A DNA stretch of 64,000 bases from an uncultured Methanosarcinales archaeon. GTDB taxonomy: Archaea; Nanobdellota; Nanobdellia; Woesearchaeales; GW2011-AR4. Positions 47,338 to 56,742 of the stretch are shown here, in pieces (position 1 is the stretch's first letter; each line of letters begins with the position of its first letter). The DNA lies in the NCBI GenBank assembly GCA_964438385.1, contig CAYTKI010000002.1:2219-66218 (forward strand). Reading direction: 5' to 3'. The notes beneath the pieces are model-generated. The model had not been told where the DNA came from. It searched no databases and was given only the letters and a program-made list of their open reading frames with translations. Both the position numbers and the translations under genes were made by a program.

Positions 47338-47537
47338 TGGCCCCCGAAACGAATATGCTTATGTGGGGCCTAAATAATCAGCAGAATTGAGGGCAGCAGG
47401 ACTAAGGATTGAATGCCGGTTCCAAAAAGCCCGCTTGATCTCATGGAGAATGAAATGGTGCGCTTCTATTTAAATGTTATTTTTTTGCGGTGTTTTCACC
47501 ACCAACATTTATAAAGAATTTTCCTCCGCTATGGGCA

Positions 47538-50039
47538 ATGGAAGAGAAGAGGAATTACAATCCCAAGGAAGCCGAGCCGCGCCTGAGGGAGTTCTGGGAA
47601 AAAGAGAATGTCTATTCATTCGATGAGCATTCTAAAAAAGAGATTTACTCCATCGACACTCCCCCGCCGACTGTTTCAGGGGCAATGCATATAGGCCATG
47701 CGTTCTCCTACTCTCAGCAGGATTTTATTGCCCGTTTTCAGCGGATGAAGGGAAAAAGTGTCTTTTATCCCTACGGAACAGATGACAATGGGCTTGCAAC
47801 CGAGCGCTTAATTGAAAAGCTCAGGGGAGTTTCCTCAAGAAAGATGGCAAGGGATGAGTTCATTGCGCTCTGCCTTAAGACTCTTGATGAGATAAGGCCT
47901 GATTTCATCCAGGACTGGAAGAACATCGGGATATCAGCGGACTTCTCTATCTTCTACTCCACAATCAACGACCACTGCCGAAGGATTTCCCAGCGTTCGT
48001 TCATCCAGCTCCACAAAAAAGATAGGATCTACCGCCAGTTCCGCCCGGTGATTTTCTGCCCGCAGTGCCGAACTGCCATTGCCCAGGTCGAGATGCAGGA
48101 TGCGCGCCTCAAGTCAACGCTCAACTACATTAAAGCAAAAACGAATGATGGCTCATTTCTTATTTATGCTACAACAAGGCCGGAAGTGCTCTACGGCTGC
48201 GTAGGGATGAGTATCAAGAAAGACGGCGAGTATGTGAAAATTAAAGTTGGGGATGAAACGTGGGTCACAAGCAAGGATTCCCTGCCATTCTTTGAAAAGC
48301 ATTTCCAGTTCAAGGTAATGGGAGAGCTGAAAGGAAAAGACCTGATCGGCCTTGAAGTCACAATTCCAATCGCTCAAAACAAGGTGAAAGTCACCCATGA
48401 TGATCTGACAGAGACGGGCTATGGCACTGGAATTGTTTACTACTGCACCTATGGGGGCAATGACTGCATCGAGTGGCTCACAAGGCATCCGAGCGTTGAG
48501 CCGATCCATGTCATGGGAGTTGATGGAAGATACAACGAGAAATCAGGAAAATATCATAGCATGACTTCGCAGGAAGCAAGAAAAGCCGCTCTTGAGGATC
48601 TTAAAAAAGATGGCGCGCTTATTAGAAAAGAGCCCATCGAGCACGCGGTGAATGTCCATGAGCGCTGCGGGGCGGAAATAGAGTATGTGGCAACAGACCA
48701 ATGGTTCATCCGCTATCTTGACCTCAAGGAGGAGTTCCTCAGGCGGGGGCAAGAGATTGCATGGTATCCAAAGCATATGCGCATCCGCTTTGAGAACTGG
48801 ATCAATGGGCTGAAGTGGGACTGGAACATTTCCCGCCAGAGGCATTTTGGAGTTCCCATCCCTGCATGGTACTGCAAGAAATGTAATGAAATTGTCCTCG
48901 CTGATGAATCCCAGCTTCCTGTTGATCCCATTAAGGATAAGCCCAAGCATCCCTGCAAATGCGGCTCAAAGGAATATATTGGGGATAAGGATGTGCTTGA
49001 CACCTGGGCGACTTCTTCGCTCACTCCTCAGTTGGCGATTGAGTTGTATAATGGAAAACCCATCTACACCAAATTATTTCCCATGAGCTTAAGGCCGCAG
49101 GCGCACGATATCATAACCTTTTGGCTCTTTAATACTGTCGTGAAAAGCCACTTGCATGTGGGCTCAATTCCTTGGAAGAATGTCATGATCTCGGGCTTTG
49201 CGCTTGATCCGCACGGAAAGAAGATGTCAAAGAGCAAGGGAAATGTCATCTCGCCCCAGGAAATGATAACGAAGTATTCCGCGGACGCCTTGCGCTTCTG
49301 GGCAGCGGGCTCCTCCTTGGGAGATGACATGCCGTTTCAGGAAAAGGACCTGGTCACCGGGCAGAAATTCATTACAAAGATCTGGAACGCAGCTATCTTC
49401 GCGGGCATCCATCTCGAAGGGTATGCGCCAAAAAAGCTAAAAAAATTGGAGCTTATGGACAGATGGATTTTGTCGAAATTAAGTTTTATCATTGATGAAT
49501 CAACGGAAACCTTTGAGCGCTACGAGTATGCGAAGACAAAATTGGAAGTTGAGAAGTTCTTCTGGCACACCTTCTGCGACAATTATCTGGAAATTGTTAA
49601 GGATAGGATGTACAATGCGGAGAAGCGGGGCGTTGAGGCAAAGGAATCTGCGCAATTCGGGCTTTATACGTGCCTCTTAAGCATTCTCAAACTCATGGCC
49701 CCAATCATGCCCTACATTACCGAGGAGATTTATCAGAACTCCTTCAGGAAAAACGAGAAAGCGAAGAGCATACACCTCTCTTCCTGGCCGGTGTTTTCGA
49801 TGAAGGATGAGGGGGCGGAGAAGACAGGTGATTTCTTCATCTCCGTTCTCGATGCGGTGCGAAAAGAGAAAACCCAAAGGAAGCTCTCGCTTAAGGCGCA
49901 AGTGAAGCTGCTTGACCTGAAAGGGCCGATCTCAGAGGAGCAGTTTGAGGACATCAAGGATGATCTGATGGCGGCGAGCGGGGCGGAAAGCGTCAAATTT
50001 TCATCTGAGGGTGAATTTTCAATTTCTATCATGATATGA
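47538..50039 (+). CDS. valS: Valyl-tRNA synthetase (archaeal type)
   Basis: DTPPPTVSG.MHIGH, WNISRQR, KMSKSKGN. Start set to MEEKRNY. Confidence 0.96.
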   Translation: MEEKRNYNPKEAEPRLREFWEKENVYSFDEHSKKEIYSIDTPPPTVSGAMHIGHAFSYSQQDFIARFQRMKGKSVFYPYGTDDNGLATERLIEKLRGVSSRKMARDEFIALCLKTLDEIRPDFIQDWKNIGISADFSIFYSTINDHCRRISQRSFIQLHKKDRIYRQFRPVIFCPQCRTAIAQVEMQDARLKSTLNYIKAKTNDGSFLIYATTRPEVLYGCVGMSIKKDGEYVKIKVGDETWVTSKDSLPFFEKHFQFKVMGELKGKDLIGLEVTIPIAQNKVKVTHDDLTETGYGTGIVYYCTYGGNDCIEWLTRHPSVEPIHVMGVDGRYNEKSGKYHSMTSQEARKAALEDLKKDGALIRKEPIEHAVNVHERCGAEIEYVATDQWFIRYLDLKEEFLRRGQEIAWYPKHMRIRFENWINGLKWDWNISRQRHFGVPIPAWYCKKCNEIVLADESQLPVDPIKDKPKHPCKCGSKEYIGDKDVLDTWATSSLTPQLAIELYNGKPIYTKLFPMSLRPQAHDIITFWLFNTVVKSHLHVGSIPWKNVMISGFALDPHGKKMSKSKGNVISPQEMITKYSADALRFWAAGSSLGDDMPFQEKDLVTGQKFITKIWNAAIFAGIHLEGYAPKKLKKLELMDRWILSKLSFIIDESTETFERYEYAKTKLEVEKFFWHTFCDNYLEIVKDRMYNAEKRGVEAKESAQFGLYTCLLSILKLMAPIMPYITEEIYQNSFRKNEKAKSIHLSSWPVFSMKDEGAEKTGDFFISVLDAVRKEKTQRKLSLKAQVKLLDLKGPISEEQFEDIKDDLMAASGAESVKFSSEGEFSISIMI

Positions 50040-50148
50040 AACCACTTAAAAGTATATAAATTTAAATATATCTTCTCGCGCCTTCTTATGGGGAAAAATA
50101 AGTTGGGATGATTAAACAGGTAAAAGAAGTAAAACAAGGGAAAGGGTC

Positions 50149-50712
50149 ATGAAAAGGTCAATAAATTTTGGGATTGTGTCTGATGCTCATCGGAGAAGTA
50201 GACGGTTAGAAGAAGCAAACAGGGATAAGTATACACTCCAGAGACCAAATCCCGTGGAAGAAACAGGTACTAATAGTTTTCTGGAAGCATTAGGGTTTGA
50301 TTGTGGAGATATGAATAGACTGGCATTGGGTTTTTCAGGAAGACTCATAAATGTCAATGAGGATTTTTTTAAATTGGGGACTTTAGTTTACATAGATCAC
50401 CTCCTAGGAGAGGATGCTATAAGGAATATCTCACCCGATGAGAGTCCCATATTAAAGCGCGACGTCACTGCATGCATGGAAATCCTGATGCAAACGTGGC
50501 GAGAAGGCGGGGAAGAATATCTAAGAACAATGTTATCAGCTAGATCTGACCTAGCACCAATCGCGCTTAAATCCGTATCCATTTTGGAACAATTAGCGCA
50601 AAATGCCAAGACCCAAGAAACGAGAACAGCACTCGAATCAAGAGTTTATTCTCTAAAAAAACACGTTGGAGGAATGCCTGTAGTTCTTAATACTATTATG
50701 TTGAGTTATTAG
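50149..50712 (+). CDS. Hypothetical protein
   Basis: 187-aa ORF with an upstream TATA-like sequence; purine-rich. Confidence 0.55.
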   Translation: MKRSINFGIVSDAHRRSRRLEEANRDKYTLQRPNPVEETGTNSFLEALGFDCGDMNRLALGFSGRLINVNEDFFKLGTLVYIDHLLGEDAIRNISPDESPILKRDVTACMEILMQTWREGGEEYLRTMLSARSDLAPIALKSVSILEQLAQNAKTQETRTALESRVYSLKKHVGGMPVVLNTIMLSY

Positions 50713-50721
50713 ATTACGAAG

Positions 50722-52167
50722 TCATATTTTCTTCCACACCACTCCATCCTTTGTATCCTCAAGGATGATTCCCTTTTTCTTTAATTGATTCCGAATTTTA
50801 TCCGCCTTCCCAAAGTCCTTCGCCTTCCGCGCATCCTCTCGCTCTAAAACAAGCGCCTCGATCTCCCCATCAAGCTCTCCCTGCTCCTCAATCACCCCAA
50901 GGACGGAGTCAAATCTTTTCAGGGCATCAAGGATCGGAGCGGCGTCATCTGCGCCTATGTTTCCGCCATCGATTAAGGCGTTCACTTCGCGGATGAAATC
51001 GAACAGATGCGCAAGGGCATTGCTGATATTCAAATCATCATCAAGCTCTTGTGCGAATTCTTTCTCTATTTTTTTGATGAGTTGGATGGTTTCTTTGGTG
51101 GGTTTTTGTGGTTTTGAGTTTTTATCTTTGTTGATTTTATTTTTTCCAGTGCTGTTTTTTCCGTCAATGGCCTTCAGTCGCAAGACAAAATCATTGATCC
51201 TTGATACAGCCTGCTGCGCCCCATGAAGCGCCTCCTCAGTCAGGTTGAGCTGCACCCGATAGTGCGTGGAGAGCAAAAAATACCTGATAGCGGATGGCTT
51301 ATGGCCCTTCTTCATCAGGTCGCGAAGAGTGTAGAAATTCCCAAGCGACTTTGACATCTTCTTCCCATCGATGAGCAAATGCTCATTGTGGAACCAGTAC
51401 TTGGAAAATCGCTTACCCGTTGCCCCCTCGCTCTGCGCTATCTCATTCTCATGGTGCGGGAAGATCAGATCAACCCCTCCCGCGTGCAGATCAAAGCTCT
51501 CCCCCAGGTGCTCGATTGCCATTGCCGAGCACTCGATGTGCCAGCCTGGCCTTCCCTTGCCAAGCTCGGTTTGCCAAAAGACTTCGCCATCTTCCTTATC
51601 ATGCGCTTTCCAGAGCGCAAAATCCTGCGCATTCTCCTTCTCATAAGAGTCCTGCCTAACGCGCGCTCCTGCTTTGAGCGATGCAAGCTTTGTGTGCGAT
51701 AGTTTCCCATAGTCCTTGAAGGATGCGATGTTGTAGTAGGTCGAGCCATCCTCGCTGGTGTATGCGTGCTTTCGTGCGAGAAGCTTCTTGATGATCGCAA
51801 CCATCGCTGCGATGTGCTCTGTGGCCTTGGGATAAAGATCCGCCCTTCTGATCGAGAGCGCGTCAAGATCATTGAAGAACTCCCGCGTATAGAGCTCCGT
51901 GATCGATTTCGCGTTTTTTCCTTCCTGCGCCGATCTCCTAATGATCTTATCATCGACATCGGTGATGTTCATCACGTGCATCACTTCATGCCCATTGTAG
52001 AGCAGGTAGCGCTTGAGAAGGTCAACGCACACATACGCGCGGAAATTGCCGATATGCGCATGGTCATAGACTGTCGGTCCGCAGGAGTAGAAGCGCACAA
52101 CCTTTGGGTCAAGGGGCCTAAATGCCTCAATCTTTCGTGTCAGCGTGTTGTAGATCTCAAGTGCCAT
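50722..52167 (-). CDS. cysS: Cysteinyl-tRNA synthetase
   Basis: CGPTVYD.AHIGN, GRPGWHIECS, FPHHENE, KMSKSLGN. Confidence 0.97.
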   Translation of the reverse strand: MALEIYNTLTRKIEAFRPLDPKVVRFYSCGPTVYDHAHIGNFRAYVCVDLLKRYLLYNGHEVMHVMNITDVDDKIIRRSAQEGKNAKSITELYTREFFNDLDALSIRRADLYPKATEHIAAMVAIIKKLLARKHAYTSEDGSTYYNIASFKDYGKLSHTKLASLKAGARVRQDSYEKENAQDFALWKAHDKEDGEVFWQTELGKGRPGWHIECSAMAIEHLGESFDLHAGGVDLIFPHHENEIAQSEGATGKRFSKYWFHNEHLLIDGKKMSKSLGNFYTLRDLMKKGHKPSAIRYFLLSTHYRVQLNLTEEALHGAQQAVSRINDFVLRLKAIDGKNSTGKNKINKDKNSKPQKPTKETIQLIKKIEKEFAQELDDDLNISNALAHLFDFIREVNALIDGGNIGADDAAPILDALKRFDSVLGVIEEQGELDGEIEALVLEREDARKAKDFGKADKIRNQLKKKGIILEDTKDGVVWKKI

Positions 52168-52245
52168 GGGGCTATTGGGTATTTCGGTAGTGCTTAGCGC
52201 TGTGGGTTTTAATTAATATTGGTTTTTGAAAAAATAAAAGAAAAA

Positions 52246-52318
52246 AGCGGGGGATGGGATTCGAACCCATGGATAAGCGCTCTGCAGGCGTTCCCCTTAA
52301 CCGCTTGGGTACCCCCGC
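52246..52318 (-). tRNA. tRNA-Cys(GCA)
   Basis: GCGGGGG/CCCCCGC acceptor stem, loop CT-GCA-GA, U73 discriminator; directly upstream of cysS. Confidence 0.93.
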
Positions 52319-52394
52319 GCTTGGTTAGTCCTGGATTAGTAAAACCATTCTCTTTACAAATGATGATTAGTCCAATTCGGCTCTCTAAACCAAG

Positions 52395-52658
52395 CTATAC
52401 AGAATTATGCGGCTGCCTACAGTAGTTTAAATGCTTTTTGGGGGAAAGAACTGCATTCTTATTCTGGGGATAAGGGAGAGAGGGATATCCATTCGGCCAA
52501 AAGGCCATCCGAAAGAATGTGATGTAGGGTGTGGCCGAGGCCATCACATATGCTGCCATCTTCTTAGGCAGGTAAAACACCTTGGCTGCTGCTTTTGCCA
52601 AAAGTTCAATTACCATCATGCTCCAATTCCTTTCATAGGTTCTATCCATTGTCTCCAT
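52395..52658 (-). CDS. Hypothetical protein
   Basis: 87-aa ORF starting 4 nt after the stop of the small ORF upstream. Confidence 0.4.
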   Translation of the reverse strand: METMDRTYERNWSMMVIELLAKAAAKVFYLPKKMAAYVMASATPYITFFRMAFWPNGYPSLPYPQNKNAVLSPKKHLNYCRQPHNSV

Positions 52659-52662
52659 GTGT

Positions 52663-52770
52663 TCACTTGTATTTGAATTCTGCCGTGCGGTTGTTGAAGT
52701 CCACTTGCATCAATTCCTTGATGAAGTCTTCCATCGTTGCATAGCTTTTGTGCTGTTCGCTTTGTTTCAT
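52663..52770 (-). CDS. Small ORF (35 aa)
   Basis: Strong GGAGGTG RBS, then MKQSEQHKSYATMEDFIKELMQVDFNNRTAEFKYK*. Confidence 0.5.
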   Translation of the reverse strand: MKQSEQHKSYATMEDFIKELMQVDFNNRTAEFKYK

Positions 52771-53073
52771 TTTTAACACCTCCGATGTCGTTGAGAAATC
52801 GTTGACCGGCGCTAAAAATGACAACAGTTAACACGCAAAATAATGGATGGTAGTTCTGCCTACCAGAATATTCATTGATTCCATCCAATTTCGTGCTGTT
52901 GCCATTTTATCGTCGATATTGACTTATCTGACTCTAGTTGTTAAACCATTGATACTGTTCCCCTATTTAAAGGTTGCGTTTATAGGTTATCGTGTCTCAA
53001 TAGGATTTCAGGATTCAGGACGGAAAAATCGAGCAGGGGAAAGCATAAAAAGCAGGTGGAAAAAAGGAGAGTA

Positions 53074-54066
53074 ATGAAACTAAAATTAAGGCAGGATCGC
53101 TATTCCCAACAAGAATTAGTGCTTGGTTTCGCCGCACAAATGCGCCTGCAGAAAGCAAAAGTTGCAGTTCTCGGCCTTGGAGCCCTGGGAAGCGTTGCGG
53201 CAGAGCTGCTCGCAAGGGCAGGGATTGGGAATCTTACTCTCATTGATCGTGACCTCGTTGAGCTCGGAAATCTCCAGCGGCAGCTCTTATACAAGGAAGG
53301 GGATGTTGGAAAGCCAAAGGCAGAGGCGGCCTTTCATCGGCTGAAATCCATTAACTCCGATGTGCATTACAACTGTTTCATTGCGGATATTAATCATAAA
53401 AACGTTGAAAAAATATTGACAAAGCACGACCTCATCCTCGATTGCACAGACAACCTCTACACGAGGTTTCTTCTGAACGATTTTTGCAAAAGAAGGGGCA
53501 TTCCTTGGATTTACGCGGCCGCAATCAAAGAGAAGGGCTGCATCATGCTCATTACCCCAAAAATGCCCTGCTTTCGCTGCACCTATAAGGAAGCGCAGGG
53601 GCTTGATACCTGTGATACCATGGGCGTCACAAATGCCATTACAACAGCCATCGCATCCATCCAGGTCAATGAGGCAGTGCATTATCTTTCAATTGGAAAA
53701 AAACAAGAGAGCGAAGGGAATGACCAATGCCTAATCAGTATAGATTTCTCATCAGTCTCCATATCAAAAATAAAGACAAGGGAAAATCCCTCATGCCCGG
53801 TATGCGTGGGAAAATATGCCTATCTTGACGGAAAAATGGAGCCAAGGCAAATGAGTTATCAATGTTCCGGCACCTATCAGTTTTTTTTGGATGATCTAAA
53901 CCTCAAGACGCTTAAGAGCAGGTGGAGAAAAATCGGCAGGGTGAGAGAGGGCAAAGGATATCTTTTCTTTGGGGACATTGCTGCCTTTAGCAACGGCAGG
54001 GTTATAATCAGGGCAAAGTCGCTTGAATTGGCAAAGGCGGCTCTTGCGAAGTATGTTGGCGTCTAG
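53074..54066 (+). CDS. ThiF/MoeB/E1-like adenylyltransferase
   Basis: RYSQQ, GLGALGS, IDRDLVELGNLQRQ, DCTDN, PCFRC, CPVC. Confidence 0.9.
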   Translation: MKLKLRQDRYSQQELVLGFAAQMRLQKAKVAVLGLGALGSVAAELLARAGIGNLTLIDRDLVELGNLQRQLLYKEGDVGKPKAEAAFHRLKSINSDVHYNCFIADINHKNVEKILTKHDLILDCTDNLYTRFLLNDFCKRRGIPWIYAAAIKEKGCIMLITPKMPCFRCTYKEAQGLDTCDTMGVTNAITTAIASIQVNEAVHYLSIGKKQESEGNDQCLISIDFSSVSISKIKTRENPSCPVCVGKYAYLDGKMEPRQMSYQCSGTYQFFLDDLNLKTLKSRWRKIGRVREGKGYLFFGDIAAFSNGRVIIRAKSLELAKAALAKYVGV

Positions 54067-54071
54067 CAACC

Positions 54072-54357
54072 GGCTCTGTCCCGAATGAAGGCAGCGCCCC
54101 TTCCGTGAGCGAATAAGCAACTGCATCATACAATGCGGAAGGGGAAGTCCCAAACCTTTCCTTCCCTTCGGCTCAGGGAAGAAAAGTTTTACCAATAGAA
54201 AGGGCTACGCCTACCGTTTCTTTTCCCAGGGTTTTCTTTGCCCGACCAACGGGAGGGGAAAGAAAAGGCTGACGTGGAGGGAACCGCATATCTGATTGCA
54301 ACATCCATAAGCGAGCCCAGCGCTGCCCGAAGCGTTAGCGAGATTCGGGACAGAGCC
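54072..54357. mobile_element. MITE, 286 bp
   Basis: Perfect 15-bp TIRs GGCTCTGTCCCGAAT (54072-54086) and ATTCGGGACAGAGCC (54343-54357). 9-bp direct repeat CTAGCAACC at 54063-54071 and 54358-54366. No transposase ORF. Confidence 0.9.
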
Positions 54358-54401
54358 CTAGCAACCTAAATATTTATAAATTGTTATGCAGAGGAAATTC
54401 C

Positions 54402-55190
54402 ATGAAAAAGAGGTATTTGCTCCCACTTCTCCTAGCCATGCTTCCCGCTGCATATGCGGCTGGCAATAGCGCATTCGACCCATTGGGCGTGTGGAAGGTG
54501 TTTGGCTTTGGCGCAGCGATTCTTGCCATATTTTCAATGATTGCGGTCTGCTTTGGAAGCCACATGAGCGAAGCAAGGAAAAAATTCCTCTTCGTCTTCA
54601 CTGCCTTCTGTGTCATCGCAGTAACGGCGTATTTCATCATAACGACAGTAGCCCTCAATCTTTCTTCATCAACCAAGGGACCTATCCACTGGCACGCGGA
54701 TTTTGAGATATACAAGTGCGGGCAGCGCCTTGAACTGGCTGATCCGAAAGGGATGTCAAACCGGGTTGGCTCCTCGGTGTTCCATGGGCACAATGACGAC
54801 CGCATCCATGTCGAGGGCCCTGTGCTCTTGCCTGAGCATGTGAATGTACAGGAGTTCATCGAAGTTATCGGTGGAAAAATGACTTCTGATGCCTTGGGCA
54901 TTCCAACAGATGGCGGCATGGTCGAGATGGCAAATGGGCAGCAATGTAATGGCCTTCCCTCAGAGCTTCAGGTTTTTCTGATGAAAGTGGAAAACCCAGG
55001 AGATCAGGGGGAATGGCGCTACACGCAAACAAAGCTCTATTCTTTCATTGGGTATGTCCTCTCCCCGTATGCGCAGGTGCCACCTGGAGATTGCATCATC
55101 ATCGAGTTTGGTCCCACGAAAGAAAAGACAGAGCACTTGTGCGAGACTTTTGAGCTTGCTAAGAAAAGAGGTGAGCTTAGTGGCGGTTGA
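54402..55190 (+). CDS. Membrane-anchored His-rich putative metal-binding protein
   Basis: Signal peptide and TM segments, then IHWHADFEIYKCG and FHGHNDDRIHVEG. Confidence 0.75.
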   Translation: MKKRYLLPLLLAMLPAAYAAGNSAFDPLGVWKVFGFGAAILAIFSMIAVCFGSHMSEARKKFLFVFTAFCVIAVTAYFIITTVALNLSSSTKGPIHWHADFEIYKCGQRLELADPKGMSNRVGSSVFHGHNDDRIHVEGPVLLPEHVNVQEFIEVIGGKMTSDALGIPTDGGMVEMANGQQCNGLPSELQVFLMKVENPGDQGEWRYTQTKLYSFIGYVLSPYAQVPPGDCIIIEFGPTKEKTEHLCETFELAKKRGELSGG

Positions 55191-55887
55191 ATCCTACATT
55201 CCAACGCTTGGAATCGTCACCATCACCGGGCTGATTGACTCCATAAATCCGTGCGCGATTGGAGTTCTTATCCTCCTTGCGTCGATTCTCATTGCGATGA
55301 AATCAAAAAGGGAGCTTTTGCTCTATGGCTTTCTCTACATCTTCGCCATCTTCATCACGTATATTCTCGCAGGGCTTGGCATCCTCTATTTCTTTAACGT
55401 CATTCCCCTTGCGGTGAGCGAGTATATCTCAATTGTGGTTGGGGCAATCATTGTAGGCGCAGGGCTCATTGAGATTAAGGATTTTTTCTGGTACGGAGAG
55501 GGTATCTCACTTGCGATTTCGCCAAAGAGGGCAAAGCAGATCCACGAGATGACGCGAAGGGTTTCGCTTCCCGGCATATTGATCCTTGGCGTCTTTGTTG
55601 CGGCGGTTGAATTGCCCTGCACAGGAGCACCCTATATGGCGATACTCCTTGTCCTCTCGCAGAACTTTGACTTTGCAGCAGCGCTCATGCTGGTATGGTA
55701 CAATATCCTCTTCATCACGCCCCTCATCGTGATTTTGATGCTAATCTACAGCGGCACAAAAATACAGGAAGTCAAGCGCTGGAAGATGCATAATCGTGCA
55801 GCCATGCGCTTAACAATTGGTATCACCCTCATTGTGCTGGGATGGATGCTCATCTTAATCGCAAACGGAACCATAAATCTCGCATAG
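55180..55887 (+). CDS. CcdA/DsbD-like transmembrane electron transporter
   Basis: DSINPCAIGVL and ELPCTGAPY conserved Pro-Cys pair; GAGGTGA RBS. Confidence 0.85.
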   Translation: MAVESYIPTLGIVTITGLIDSINPCAIGVLILLASILIAMKSKRELLLYGFLYIFAIFITYILAGLGILYFFNVIPLAVSEYISIVVGAIIVGAGLIEIKDFFWYGEGISLAISPKRAKQIHEMTRRVSLPGILILGVFVAAVELPCTGAPYMAILLVLSQNFDFAAALMLVWYNILFITPLIVILMLIYSGTKIQEVKRWKMHNRAAMRLTIGITLIVLGWMLILIANGTINLA

Positions 55888-55892
55888 CGGCC

Positions 55893-56219
55893 ATGAAAAA
55901 ACAAGAAAAGAAGAAAAGAAATCGGGCAAGAAATGGGAGGGCGCAGAGCGTGCCAATCATCGTGAAGCGCGGCTCGCACGCAGAGGGCTATGATGAGCGA
56001 AAAGTCTATGCCTCGGTGTATTTCTCCTGCAGAAATGCGCATCTCCAGGAGATAAAATCCGAGAGGATAGCGGGAAAAGTGGCATCGGTGATAACAAGGA
56101 TTGCAAAAAAGGAAAGGGTTATATTGTCAGATAGGGTGCATCATCTCATCGCGGAAGAGCTTGCAAAGCATGACAAAGATGCGGCATTCCTCTACCAGAC
56201 GCACCGCGACCTTTCATAG
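55893..56219 (+). CDS. Stand-alone ATP-cone domain protein
   Basis: IVKRGSHAEGYDERKVYAS pattern. Start uncertain (GTG 55950 is possible). Confidence 0.7.
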   Translation: MKKQEKKKRNRARNGRAQSVPIIVKRGSHAEGYDERKVYASVYFSCRNAHLQEIKSERIAGKVASVITRIAKKERVILSDRVHHLIAEELAKHDKDAAFLYQTHRDLS

Positions 56220-56254
56220 CGTTACAGTCAAAAAAATCAGGTGCAGGTGAAAGC

Positions 56255-56359
56255 ATGGCAGCAAAGAAAGCGAAGAAAAAACCAGTGAAGAAGGCGGCAA
56301 TGAAGGAAGCGCCCAAGAAGAACATCATCAAGAGCAAGCATGTGTGCGAGTTCTGCTGA
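56255..56359 (+). CDS. Lys/Ala-rich 34-aa peptide ending in CEFC
   Basis: CAGGTGA RBS; MAAKKAKKKPVKKAAMKEAPKKNIIKSKHVCEFC*. Confidence 0.65.
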   Translation: MAAKKAKKKPVKKAAMKEAPKKNIIKSKHVCEFC

Positions 56360-56393
56360 GGTCAATGTAATTTTTCCTGCCCATTTGCGGGCA

Positions 56394-56448
56394 TTTCTTT
56401 TCCCAGGGTTTTCTTTGCCCGACCAAAGGGAGGGTAAAGAAAAGGCTG
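56394..56448. repeat. 55-bp stem-loop repeat also found inside the MITE (54217-54271)
   Basis: TTTCTTTTCCCAGGGTTTTCTTTGCCCGACCAA(C/A)GGGAGGG(G/T)AAAGAAAAGGCTG, 2 mismatches. Confidence 0.9.
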
Positions 56449-56522
56449 TTACGAAACCTTTAAATAAAACCAAGCCCTTTCCAGTGCTACATTTACAAAA
56501 ACCGTAAGGGGAAGGTGGCAAC

Positions 56523-56735
56523 ATGAACTACAAACTAATCATTCTGATGATGCTAATTGTTGGCGTCCTGATCGCAGGATGCGCATCAAATAGCCCTCCG
56601 TCGGGCTATGCCGCCTATGGCGCCCAGGGAGGGCAGGAGCAGCAGAAGTATGTTGGCGGCGGATGCGGCCTTGCAGCGGATGATGCAGGCGATTCGGCAG
56701 AAGTTGTGAAGGGCGCCCTTGCAGCAGCTGCCTGA
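56523..56735 (+). CDS. Small lipoprotein with GGGCG motif
   Basis: GGAAGGTG RBS; lipobox LIAGC; YVGGGCG. Confidence 0.72.
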   Translation: MNYKLIILMMLIVGVLIAGCASNSPPSGYAAYGAQGGQEQQKYVGGGCGLAADDAGDSAEVVKGALAAAA

Positions 56736-56742
56736 GCCGCAC

